In this document: piece after piece, positions 49,290 through 61,425 of the stretch
How positions within the stretch are numbered: the first letter of the stretch is position 1
Layout: each line of letters begins with the position of its first letter
From: Bigelowiella natans CCMP2755
Lineage: Eukaryota > Protista > Cercozoa
Assembly: GCA_000320545.1 (NCBI GenBank)
Contig: ADNK01000827.1
Coordinates: forward strand, 1 to 64,000
Length of the DNA stretch: 64,000 nucleotides
Direction of reading: 5' to 3'
Position numbers and translations under genes: made by a program
The notes under the pieces: generated by a model
What the model saw: the letters and a program-made list of their open reading frames with translations, nothing else
Database searches by the model: none
What the model was told of the DNA's origin: nothing

Positions 49290-51240
49290 GCACTGCGTTT
49301 CGCACACTGAAAATGTCTTGCAACGTTTTGGAAATGCAGTTTGTCATCATTGTTTCATTGTGTCCGAGTCCCCGTGAGTCTTCACGCACAACGTTGCTCT
49401 GTTTGCATCGGACATCCCTTCATCATGGAATCAGCCAGCACAACAAATTTGATGTTTTTGCAATGGACATGCATGTCCTTCTTGTGGTTAGCGGAAGTGG
49501 TGGACGTGGCCAAAGTTGGGCCTGCAACGTTGAACTTCAGCACACGGACTCAATCGGCGGAAAGTGAACACGCAGCGATGTGAATGTGTGAATCAATGTT
49601 GAATGCGTTGTCATGTGCTTTGCCCATACACGGACGGCACGTCCAAACGACAAATGAACCATGTGGAGTCACTCAGGGCAGCAATCGCCCCATCACGCAC
49701 CACGCACCACTGCACGCTGGACTGGACCAGTGCATGGACCAATGAGTCGGCCCTTGACACACTCCCCTGTCTCGGATCACTGGAGACAGGCTCAAGCTAC
49801 CTAGTGTTGCCACAACTAGGCGAAAAGCGCAAGTGAGCTGCGCTGGCTTTGCAAATGCAAGCGTGCACGCGTTTTTTTCGGGTGAGCGCTTGCAATGGCA
49901 ATGGTCATTGTGAACACCTTGGAATGTGTTTTGACCAGTTGAAAACGTGGCTGACATTGGTGTTTTCAGCAGCACGTAGTTCTGGCACGAGTAGTTGAAA
50001 GGCTAGATCGAAAACACCGGCGACGGCGCCGGTGATTTGAGATCTTCAGCCTGCACGTTTTGTTTTCAACGTTCAACAGTGTTCATTGAAAACAGGTTGT
50101 TTTCCGCATTGTTTTCCGCACAATTGCTTGGAGCACACGTGCGTGCGCGGTCGCGGCGAGCAGAGGGGCAATCACAGAGGACCAATGGACACGTTTTTTT
50201 GTCCACACTGGCACAGTGAACAATGCAAGCTGGCACGCCACACACTTGCATTGTCAGACACACGTGTCTCTGTGATGATGGACACGTGGTGCAAATTGCA
50301 CTTGTGTGGGATGTGCACTGAGTGTTGTCGTGACCATGTATGGCAGAAAGAGTTTCCCAAACATTCATCGTCGACCCGGAAGAACAGGCTAGCAGGGCGC
50401 AGACCAGCAGGGCGCTGCAGTTGGTGGGAATCAGGTGCGCTCCTCACTTGTTCTGGAAGGGAGTGAGAAGTCCCACAGCAACAAACACAGGCAAATGAAA
50501 AAGACCATGTGCACACAGTGTCTCTTTCTCGAAAACTTCAGTTTTGTTTTGCACTTTTGTGACACCGCATTGCAGCATGGCAACACGGAAAAAGTAAAAG
50601 TGAATGGTTGTGAGCCAAGATCAACCCCAGAACCGATCAGCCATCGGCAATGGCGGCTCGTGTTGGAGCGGCCCGGCTAGCCAACGCTCGTGTGTTTGTT
50701 TTTGCACTTGCGTGCAATGCAACGCACCTAGCAACGTTTGCGTAATCCAACAATGACAGAATGTTGCAAGTCAAGCAAAAACTCTAGAACACTTGCAGCG
50801 GCGTGGCGGATGTTTGCATGGGTCACAGCAAGCGTTCTAAGCTATGAAGCGGCCTAGGCATTTCCCTGCTAGCCAAATGCAGTGATTCTGTCTCCATTGC
50901 CGGTTTTCATTGAAATCTGATCTGCTGATCATGGCTCAGAACTGAACAATGAACCATGGAACAAGGGCACTTCTAGCAACAAGTGCTGGGAGTTCCAAAG
51001 AGTCCGCCTGCCCAGCAAACTCAAGCTTTTGTGATCTTAACAGGTCAGGCATTGAAAATGCTTCATTCATTCACTCATTCGTTCGTGTGCATGTCAGCAG
51101 CAATTTTGTGCTGATTCATTGAATTTTCAAAGGGGCAGGTTCATGCGTGCACAGATGCGATGTTGCGCACGTAAATCGTTGGCATGTGTTCTCTAGTTGT
51201 GTGATGTTCATGAATGGCGTCTGCAGATGGCCTGCTTCAA
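49290..51240. other. TpA-depleted (hypermutated) block 2, probably a decayed repeat or pseudogene
   Basis: Manual count finds about 23 TA in ~1.95 kb, about 11 of them in CTAG. TG/CA are abundant and CG is retained. No confidently recognisable protein. Confidence 0.85.
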
Positions 51241-51613
51241 CACCTAAATGCGCACGTTGAAACCAATCAAATGTGAATCAGCGCATTTCAATAACAAGCC
51301 GTTGCATGACAGTGACACAGTACAAGCGAGAACACTTTGCATGTGCTAAATGACACAATCACGCGCTGTGTGTGTTGCAGTGACTAGAATGAGTAGTGCG
51401 GTGCGAGCCTGCTAATCGCATTGAAGGCACCTCATATGGCCATGTGCGTCTAGATGTCATCCGCTGCTTGCAGAAAGGACATACTGCATTTGACTATGTG
51501 TGTTACACTCCATATTTCATAGCATTCATATAAGTAATCTGCTTTTATGTTTTTACTTGCTTAAATGAACATGCTTCATACAAATACGTATAACAAATAA
51601 ATTATATTTAAAT

Positions 51614-53667
51614 CTAGAAATCGGCAGGGGGGCCACCTCCATCAGACGATGCACCTTTAACATTACTAGGTTTTGTGTAGTCCTCGTCATTAATGAATCT
51701 CGTGACTGTTTCGATGAGTTGCTCAGGAAAATCGAGCTGAGGATAATGTCCCATGCTCGCGGGTAAGGCAAAGAGCTTTGTGGAGGTCGGTTTGGTTTCC
51801 AGCCACGAAAGAACCTGCGGAAAAAATAGGAATCGGGATGCTGTAAGTTGAACCATCCGATGATCAAATCATGAGCGAGAGGCAACAGCATAAAAATTAG
51901 AAACCACATAAAAGATTCTCTTTTCATCATATCTACCATCTTTTCTTTATTCATCACCTGATCTAGTGCGAGATATTTATCATCCGTTCCCCATGGTATA
52001 AGTGTCGGGTTCCTAAATCTCTCCGCCGCCATACTCACCTATAGTTGGTTATCAAGCATAATCTTTACGATGTATACGACAATGAGGACAAATCGTATAA
52101 TCGGATAACACCTTAGACAAAAGCTGCTCGAAGTTCAAATCCTTCATCACAGTCTCAAAACTGAGACGCGCGTCCTGATAAGTTAATTGAATATCAACAC
52201 TACATGCCATGTGAACGAAGCAAAAATTGTGTTATACTTATCAAGAATATAAATAGACGACGACTACTTATCATTACCTCAGAGCTCTCGTAGGGCATTT
52301 GCAGGTTTTGATAATCTAGCAAACAGGCAATAATTTTCCCAAAATTTTCAACCACAGTAATTAGGATTATGAATAAAACTCCAGGCAATCGTAAGTACCG
52401 GTGTAATTGAACGCGTAGGGACCTCCAGCAGCGTGATACATACCCGCATCAGGGTTCTTCCCAAAAGCAAAGTTCTGCTCACACATATCAGCATTGTTCC
52501 CACCAGTCATCCCTCGCACAATTTATCAGTCATCATGATCATCTTCTTCGCTCTCGTCCTCTCCCCGCTTCAAACCACCTTAAACATTCCTGTGTATGAA
52601 CTCAGAGGTGCCGGAAGCTTCGATTTAGCCCCGAGAGGTGTGTTGAGGATTACAAGCTTCTCCACCAAATCTGGATTTTCAGCTGCGAATAGAATGCCGT
52701 ACTGACCGAGAATGTACCCCTGAAAAAAACAAGTAATTTCATTAGTTTTCTCTTCGCCGCATAGTAACACATGACAAGTTTTTGAGTAACAGATAGACTC
52801 AGACATGGTCAACAATATCATCGTGTACATCATTATTTTGTCCTCATGATCGCAACTGCATTGAGACGCCGAGCGCGTTTAGCAACCTGGGTGATAAAGA
52901 CGAATGGTTTCTTGATGCCAATGGCGTCGACGAAGGATTTTAGCCCTTTGGTGTAGTCTTCAGACTTATATCCAAAATTACTTTCTGAGGGTTTCGAGCT
53001 CTGGCCAAATCCCGGCCAATCAAACGCTACAGCATCGTAGCCGTCCCTTTGAAGTAGCTTCAAAGTATCACCATAGGTATAGCTCGAGGATAGGATTCCG
53101 TGCGCACAAACAATCGTAGGCTTTGACTCATCCCCACCTTCTGTCCTGAGATAGCTCCAAGATACGCCGTCGACATCGATGGATGATCTTTGAGCCCCAG
53201 AGAGGTTATCAAGGGGGTTCTCCACAGGTTCGGGTTTCTCACCTGGATTTTGCCGCTCATATGCTCCACCATCTCCAAATATTGCGGCATGTGAGACCAA
53301 CGAATGGTCACGATGATAAGTGTTCTGCTGCTGATTTTGAGCTGGAAAGCACCTTGGACCTTTCAAAGCCTGAGTGCAACCCTTAAATCCACACCTTATC
53401 AATATTATCCAGAGAATGTTAGACATCAGCAAATTGCATGCGAGATAAGTATAATTCTACCTTGAGAGTCGCTGTGCTGAATTCTGAATGGACACCGAGC
53501 CTGTGGCCAGATGCGAAATTCGAATTTGGGATGTGTATAACACAGCTACAGCCTGTCGGAGAACAATGTAAGGAGTCTTCATACCGGTTGAAACCCTTTC
53601 AACCCAGCCCATTTCCTAATAATTCGTTTATGACCATGACAGCTGATATCAGAAGTGCCCTCCTCAT
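51614..53667 (-). CDS. Alpha/beta-fold hydrolase (haloalkane dehalogenase-like, plant plastid At1g52510 type) with signal/transit leader
   Basis: TIVCAHGILSSSYTY; AFDWPGFGQSSKP; FITQ/GYILGQYGILFAAENPDLVEKLVILNTP; PTLIPWGTDDKYL; GHYPQLDFPE. Leader MRRALLISA. Confidence 0.85.
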
Positions 53668-54551
53668 GGTGAACCGAGAGCTCTTGCGCTTCTGAGAACG
53701 ATGTACTGTGAGTCAAAACATTGAAATCCCGAGAAATGCAACAGTGAGTTTACCACGTCGACGCCACGTATCAGCAAGGGTTGCATTACCATTGAAATAT
53801 GGAGGAGAAATGGACAGAAAATGCAATGAGAATTCCTCAGCGACATACATTTATTTATGTCGTTATGTAGTAACCCCAATGGGATTTGTTCTCCTCCCTT
53901 CACTTTTCTCTGCTTATGAAGGCATTTTCGATCGGGGGATATCCACTGCTATGCCTTTCAAAATGATAATCTATTTTCTTCCATAAAACTACTGAACGCA
54001 CTCCCTGAACATGAAACAACAACAATGACAATAACTGGCGCGTGTTCGTTGGTGAAAGCTGCAAGGTCAACATGTGGGCACTAAGACTCATCCATAACAT
54101 CTAACAGATTCTTTTGAGCCACTCGGCAGAACCCTGGAGATTTATCTCTACAACCTTTTATTTTCTTTGTCTCATGATTAAAATCAGAGTTAATCAAGAA
54201 ATTTTAAGCGACACATTTCGTTCCGATTTCTCAAGAGAGACGAATGAAGCAGCAGTAAGTAACCAGCACTGTGTGAGGAAGAGGAGACAGATTTGTGGTC
54301 GGTTCTCTTCGTTTCTTCCCTACACCTAGTCAGACCCTCTCTTCACAGAACTTCCGTCCTTTGGTTCGTATGAGACGAAACGGCAGTATTTATGGAGATA
54401 GCATACGAACACCACCTCCGCATATTATCTATTAAATGCTTAACGATTTTGTAACCCCTACAGAGGTCCATTACCGACCTAGCCATGGGAAGGTTACCCA
54501 AATTGAGATTGGATGTCTCCACAACTTCCTCATTTTGCATTTTCCATTAGT

Positions 54552-57096
54552 ATGGAGGAGGACGATTCGGTATTCAAGACATCTGAGGTCAAAGTATCAG
54601 AAGACGCGACCCAAATTCCATCCAAGCCACGACCACCTGCATTGCCCAAGATGAAGAAGAACGGGATAAATCAGAAGCCATTTGCTCTTCCGGGAATGGG
54701 TACAAAACCGTTTGCGCTTCCAGGTATCGCCAGGAAGGGTGTAAAGTTGCCCTTTAAGCCGCCCGCTCCTCCTTCTCGTGATCCAGAAGCAGAAGCAGCA
54801 ACAGCAGCAGGTGCGAAGCCCCAACCTCCAAATCCAGTCGCAGGGGCCAAGCCGCCTCCTGGACCACCTCCTGGAGCTCAAAGGAACAAACTTCAACAAG
54901 CGTCTCCCAATCCACAACCCAAGCCACATCCTCCCCCCCCTCCCTTTAAAAAAAAAACACAAGGACCTCCGTTAGAAAACAATACAGCGCGCGCGGAGGC
55001 TGCAAAAATAGAAAACACTAATGACTCGAAATTAGTCGAGGAATTGGGTTCCAAAGCGAAAGACGACCCCTCAGCTGCTACAGTCAACGGAAAATCATCA
55101 GCATCACCAGTTCTTAAATCCGATAAAAAACCTGCCATAGCAAACGCTGGAAATGGAAAAAAAGGCTCAGCTTCACCTAGATCGAGACTCAAAATAAAAG
55201 CAAGCAAAAAGAAACCAAAGAAAGTGAAGAAGGTAATCTAGTGAACACAATGTGCCTATTCGAAGTAGTTTTTCACCCAAATTTCACCTGTTATTAGGGA
55301 TTTATGTTGAAGCTGGATGGGATCTTTGCTGGAGGGGGGCCTCCTGGCATGAGGCCTGGTGGTGGTCCCCCCCCTTGGAAGAAAAAAATTAAGACAGAAG
55401 CAACAAATGTTAGAGACAGCACTGAGTCGGAAAGCAATGTTGACCAAAAAATTGACGTGGAAGACGTTAAAATTATATCCAAAGACACAAAGGTATAATC
55501 ACTGCAGCAACTTGAACCGTGCCATCGAAAACTTATTGATTTAACAACCTCAGAAAGCAGAAGGAAAAGCAGCTGAGAAGCCAAAAGAGCAGGCAAATGA
55601 ACATTCCCCTCATTTCATCTTATTTCTAATTAATCATTCATCAGAATCTTAATGTTGTGGAACGAAAGCCGAAAATGGCTGGTGGAAGGAAGAAACGCAA
55701 GGTGTACTCGACTATTGTGTTACAATCCAGAGTTGCTTAGATTCTTATGCATTATTTTCACGATATCCTTCGCTCATCAGTATGGTGTGATATTCTACAC
55801 AGAAAAAGAAATTCAACCCTAAAAAGACGGCGTTTTCAGCCCAGGCTGTTCGGGAATATAAGAAAACTGACTACAAAGTAATAACATTGCAGCACTTCTT
55901 TATGAAACAAAAACCCAGAATAATATTCTTGGCATCATACTACGGTTAGGCAAGTGCACTGAAACTTACAGAGAAACAACGTGTTGAGGTCATGATGATG
56001 GTCAAGAACGGTAGTATGAGTATTTAGAAAAAAAATCTGTCGATATTTTCATGTATATCATCTCCAAGCTCAAACAGATCTTCTCAGGTAACATTTCTGT
56101 GGATGAGGCCATGCAAGCAGTGCTGGCGCACGACAAAAACGTATTGTCACATTTTTGTTGCATAAAAACTAAATTCTATTTTTCGTTTCTTTCACCAACT
56201 TGGTATAGAAATATAGAAGGAACGAGTTTCTCACCATCCACTACTGCGTACGACTTATTATTGTTCTTCAGGTGAGAGAGGCGTTGGCGGACAATCAAAC
56301 GCCTGATGTTGATGGAAAGAAAAAAAAATTCGATAAAAAGGCTGCAGATTTTACAGCTGCGGACTTAAATAAGCTTTCAGATGAGCAGAGATTGAAGGTA
56401 TTTCATTCTAACAATAGCAGCAGCGCAGGATGTACTCGGACAGATGTTCACTAAATTTCTCGCGAAAACTATACTGATGTTCCATTGTGGGTGTAGGTGA
56501 TGAATCTTGTCAAGGACGGCAAGATGACAGTTCCCCAAGCGATTGCTTCTGTTAGTCGCAGTGTTGGCAAACGTGCCGATGAGGTGCTGCTATTGAAGAT
56601 AATGATGTTGGTGATCCTGATGATGGTCAAATTTACTTTATGGTGAACTTGGCAAAACTACTTTGATGATGCGCATAAAAATTTTTTGGCGTTCAAATTT
56701 GACAGAAATATATTTCCAGTTTTTACTGCGGTACTCATATCTTTATTCGTTCTTACGTTTTGATTTCTCGTTGTATAATGTGATTGGCAATTTTGGAAAA
56801 TTGGGGGTTGCAAACTCTAGTCTTCGAATTTTTGGTGCACAATCATCTAATCAAGTATCCTTATCATCTCCAATCCCATCTAGAAGAGGAGGAAAAAGCC
56901 AAAGAAAGACCTATCAATCAAGACACCAATGAGCAAAAAAGGTGGGGTATCGGACCGAACACCGACGATTGGGAATACTACCACTCCGAATCGTAATACA
57001 CCGACTAGTAATCGGAAGGGTAACAGAACAAAGGAAAAACTCCAAGATGAGTCATGTGATGAGAAGGCTCCCGGTAGTTGTTGTACGTTGATGTAG
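54552..57096 (+). CDS. Proline-rich multi-exon protein with two internal helical repeats and a C-terminal CaaX box (...GSCCTLM*)
   Basis: Pro-rich exon 54552-55232; repeats LTEKQRVEVMMMVKNG-NISVDEAMQAV and LSDEQRLK-VMNLVKDGKMTVPQAIASV; last exon (~56884-57096) ends CCTLM-TAG. Confidence 0.6.
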
Positions 57097-57643
57097 AAAA
57101 GGTTATAACTCAGGCCTAAGTAAATATGCATGCATCTCGTCAAGCTGTATGTGGCGTGCCCAATGCATGAATATTTCTTTACATATACGCTGTATACATG
57201 CGAACGTGCGTTGATCAAAAGCTTGATTCAAAACAGCCTGCCTGCTCGCTGACTAATAGAGGCTCATATACTCAACATGTTTCATAGCTAGCGCATAGAC
57301 ATCGGCTGAGCAGCTAGGCGCTGTAGATACAGGATGCAGATGATGAAGTATTGACTGGTTGCTGTCTGGCTGGGAGAGCTAGAGAGACTAGTGTCATGTC
57401 GTCTATTCATAGCTAGAGGGGTAGGCGCACTGCAGCATCATATTGCAAGACTGTTCATATCTATGTACATTGTGACAACATTGTTCTTTTGATACTGTAC
57501 GACTCAATGCGAGGCTGTACGGCTGTTTGTAATACTGCAATGATTATCTAATTCACGAAGTATGAGCAGATGATACATGCTTCTAGTTTTGGCTTCCTGC
57601 CTCTTTCACTACATTCCTTCAAGTTTCATCATTCTTTTATGTT

Positions 57644-58435
57644 TTACCATTGGTCAACATTATTTCCGGGTATATTAAGGGAAATGGGGGATGGTAGCTG
57701 TCCTATGGTGCTTGACGTTATATCTGTGTTGATGAATGGTGACGACGTAGATGGTGATGATGTCTTCTGTCGTTTCACGGGTCCATGGACGGGAGAGAAA
57801 CTTACAGGGCTTACAGGGAGACTAAAGTCGGTAGTGGCAGCCTTGGTGTCTCCTACTACAACCTCAGCCTTCTTCTCGTCCATCATGGGAGCAGTGGCAG
57901 GCTCCTCAGTAATTATTGGCGGATATTCAGGAGTCACATCTTGGATTGTTGCCCGAGACACTTGCTGTTGCTGTTGCTGCTGCTGTTGTCTTTGGTGCAG
58001 GTGCTGCGGTATGCGGAAAGGATTTGTGTTGGAGGAGGACAGAAGACCAGGCGAGACTGACAGCTGCTGGTTTTGGACGGGGGGGGCACCGAGCATAGCT
58101 GTAGGGGCACTTGCTTGGCTGTTCAAGTGCGCCAACATCAAGCTGTTGAGGTCCAAGCCACCAGATGGAGTAGTTGGGGGAGGGCAGGGGCCTATACCTC
58201 CTCCAGGGAACGTGAATGGGGTTCCAGGAATTTGCAATGGCGTTGGAACGTTCTTAGGTACGTAGTTATTCAGCATGAAGAGGATTTGATGCTGAACTTG
58301 CCAAAGCTGCTTGTATTGCTCCTTCAGCTGTTTCACTTCTTTTTGGAGCTCTGTTACCGTTTTTTTTATGCTGGATGCTGCATACATGTTGGTGTTATTG
58401 TTTTGCGATCACGAATGCGCGCACACGCACACACA

Positions 58436-58501
<66 letters not shown>

Positions 58502-59155
58502 CCTAAAAAAGGTGATTACATTCGGAAGTTTTCTTTTTGATCAAGTTGAGGAGTTGGGGCTGGTCACGCTTAAAGTTCTTGTGCTTGAAGTGCGACGTTG
58601 TTGACATGTTGGTGGATCTTTTCCGAAACCCATAGAAGTTAAGCTGAGAAAGAATATCATGCATAGTAGCATCACATCGTCTGCCCATACCACGCTCGTT
58701 CTCTCACTATTGACCAAAAAATACAATATACCTTGAAGGGAAATTAGTGATTAAGAAGTGAAGGCAAACCGAAAAATAAAAGCATACCTGGCGCACGAAG
58801 CTGGAGAAAGAAATAGTCCGGAAATATTTTGGCAGAATGGTTTGCGAAAATTCATGCTTTTTCTTGACAAGGAATGCGTCTCCCTTCTCACTCCATGACA
58901 CAATATCATTTGTGGTTTGATCTTGAACCATCTATACAGCCAAACAACATAACCTTGATGTTACAAATGTGCCATCATATTTCCAACGACTTCTCTCACA
59001 TTATAGGTCTTCAGGAGAAAGGGTGGCACGGGTCGCTCCTCTTCGCTGTGGGAGTCATTATCATTCTGCTTTGCAGTGGAAGAGGAGATGGCAGTCGCTG
59101 CCTTGGACAAAGAAGCAACAGGTTTCGAGGCAGACGGAACCGGGGGCAGGTTCAT
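57644..59155 (-). CDS. HSF: Heat shock transcription factor
   Basis: PPFLLKTY/..IVSWSEKGDAFLV...FSQTILPKYFRTISFSSFVRQ/LNFYGFRK...FKHKNFKRDQPQLLNLIKKK (HSF DNA-binding domain); coiled coil TVTELQKEVKQLKEQYKQL; Q/P/S-rich tail. Confidence 0.95.
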
Positions 59156-59875
59156 TCTGAGAGGAGACAATTGAGCACGTCAGCTAGCCACCGATAATCG
59201 ACATGTATTAAGATCCAAAATAAAATCCGAAGGCCAGCAAATGCAAATGCTTTTAGAATAGAACAAGTAAAATCCTGTCCGCGGCAGTTCGATGAAGATG
59301 AAAGGGGGAGGAGGAGGACGAAAAAGACTACCCTGGGGTACAAAGAATGGAGCTTGTGATTCAGCCTCGGATGGGTCGTAAACAAGTAAATTATTACAAC
59401 TGCTAATTACCTAAGCTATTCTTTCTCATCCATAACTGCAGAACGTCTACAATGTTTCGTGCTTGAAAATTTAACGTTGTTTGCCCACATTACCCACCGG
59501 CAACGCATCCTTTTTTCAGGATGCGACTGGGGAATGAGCTTGACGTCTCTAGAGTCTGCGTTCAGACACTTCGCGAAGGTTTCGCGAATTTTTTCGCGAT
59601 TACTTTTCGTTGGAGACAAAAAGGAATTTGCTTTGGTTTCTGCGACAATGAAATTATGTTGTAACCATGTTCTCCTTTGGATCTTCGGAAGATTCTGATC
59701 TCGTGCAAATGTTGTGGAATTCCTGGAATTCTCTTCTTCGAACATCGGGATTCGGCTCCATTGTTCGAGGAGGATCGGTCTCGGTGCATTCGCACCAGAG
59801 AAGAGATGTCTGACGTTAAACATCACTACCCAACAACCTGAGCAAAAAGTCTACGAAAAAAAACTTTACATTCTA

Positions 59876-60670
59876 ATGATCCGAAGAACTCTACCTGTGA
59901 TGCTCCGATCCCTCACAACCGTCGTATCACTCCCATTTATCTGCGTATGGGAGTTCTTCCGCGTTTTAACAATTATGTCCTTCGCGTTCTGTTGTAATGC
60001 CTTCGTCCTCTACAACACGCGCACATCCAGATCCAAGATGATGAACAGTGTGATGGAGATTCTCCAAACTGAACACGAAGACACAGAAGCGGGCTTCTTT
60101 CCATCCGGAAATCTTCGTTGGCTCACGTCTCTCTTGAGTCCACGAAGGGCGAAACGTTATCCCCTTCCCCTTCTCCATCGCTTCCTGCAAAAAGGCGGAC
60201 TTGAATATCCACTTTGCTTTTGGTATTACGCTTGCATCATCGCAGCATCGAACGCACGAAGGGCGTATATCTTGGTGGATGCAGACAATGTGCCACCAGA
60301 ATGGACGTTCGTAGCTGCAGTTGAATTACCAGCTTTGCTTCACTTCAATAAGGGCATCAGCAGCATCAAGATTTTCAACTTGAGTGAGCCACAAGCCCCG
60401 TACGTCGGAAGGATCCACCGTGACACTCTCACCTCCCCGTGGAAAATTAATTTCACTGGAGATGAGGATGAAGGAAAAAAGATACAAACAAAAACCAGGA
60501 TAAAGTTCAAGGCGCTGTTTCAAGAATCCCTGAAACGACGTCAGCCGATGCCTTATTCGGAATTCCTTGCGTTGCGACTCAAAAAATTTTGCAACCCAGC
60601 AACTACAACTGTACAATCTTTCATGGGTGATGCTTTTGCAAGGTTGTTTCTTTCAAGGTGGGTCGATTGA
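59876..60670 (+). CDS. Intronless hypothetical protein (~264 aa) with an N-terminal hydrophobic segment
   Basis: Part of long ORF 59714..60670 (first ATG 59876). Coding-like composition and divergent from HSF; no family recognised. Confidence 0.55.
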   Translation: MIRRTLPVMLRSLTTVVSLPFICVWEFFRVLTIMSFAFCCNAFVLYNTRTSRSKMMNSVMEILQTEHEDTEAGFFPSGNLRWLTSLLSPRRAKRYPLPLLHRFLQKGGLEYPLCFWYYACIIAASNARRAYILVDADNVPPEWTFVAAVELPALLHFNKGISSIKIFNLSEPQAPYVGRIHRDTLTSPWKINFTGDEDEGKKIQTKTRIKFKALFQESLKRRQPMPYSEFLALRLKKFCNPATTTVQSFMGDAFARLFLSRWVD

Positions 60671-61425
60671 GAAGAATTCGAACCGGACAGAGGCACACTG
60701 CACTACTGTGTGTGTTGTGCATTTGCATTGTTAGCTAAATGAAATTGAATAGTATTTTTGGTAATGATTACACATTTGGAACCTGTGTTCAAAGACACCA
60801 TGCATGCCGCCGACCTGTCAACTCAATTTTAGCATCTGCATTGTCTGCCTGCGGTGAGGAAACGCCCCAAAAATGCGCTGTGCATGCATGCAAGCACTGG
60901 AGAGGTGACTGTTCAAGGTCAACTGAACTGTGAGACTTTGAATTAATTTGCATTGAGTCAAAATGAGGATGGGTCGATGTCAAATTACACAATCACACAA
61001 TGCTAGAATGGACACAGCTAGAGAGTCTAATAGCAGTCGTGCACACATCTAGACATTATTGTGTAAAGTGCGCAAAACATGCTGTCGCATTGGTGATGAT
61101 GCGTAATGTGTCAATTGAAACACGCGCCGCGCGCAAATGAGAACATGACTAATAAACATCTGCCACCGCGCAATCATGCAAAAATGACAACGACTGCAGT
61201 GATGCATGACTATGATAGCATTTCACTGTGTGCATGAAACGGAAAGAGCTTTGCCATAGCAGAACATTGCGGATCAGGAGGAGCACCAATGTTTCAATGT
61301 CATGGACATGGCGCTGCGCAAATGTAGATGTGGTCATCATCAGAGAAAACAAGCATTTCGAAGTGCTCAAAGCATCTAACCAGTCATTAGACATTTTTGA
61401 GGCTACTGCGAAACCATCAACAGCG

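Noticed and set aside
50066-50516. PHD-finger-like text (CASVDKKTCPLVLCDCP) in block 2
   Set aside because: Cys is inflated by TGY enrichment and the ligand spacing is incomplete.
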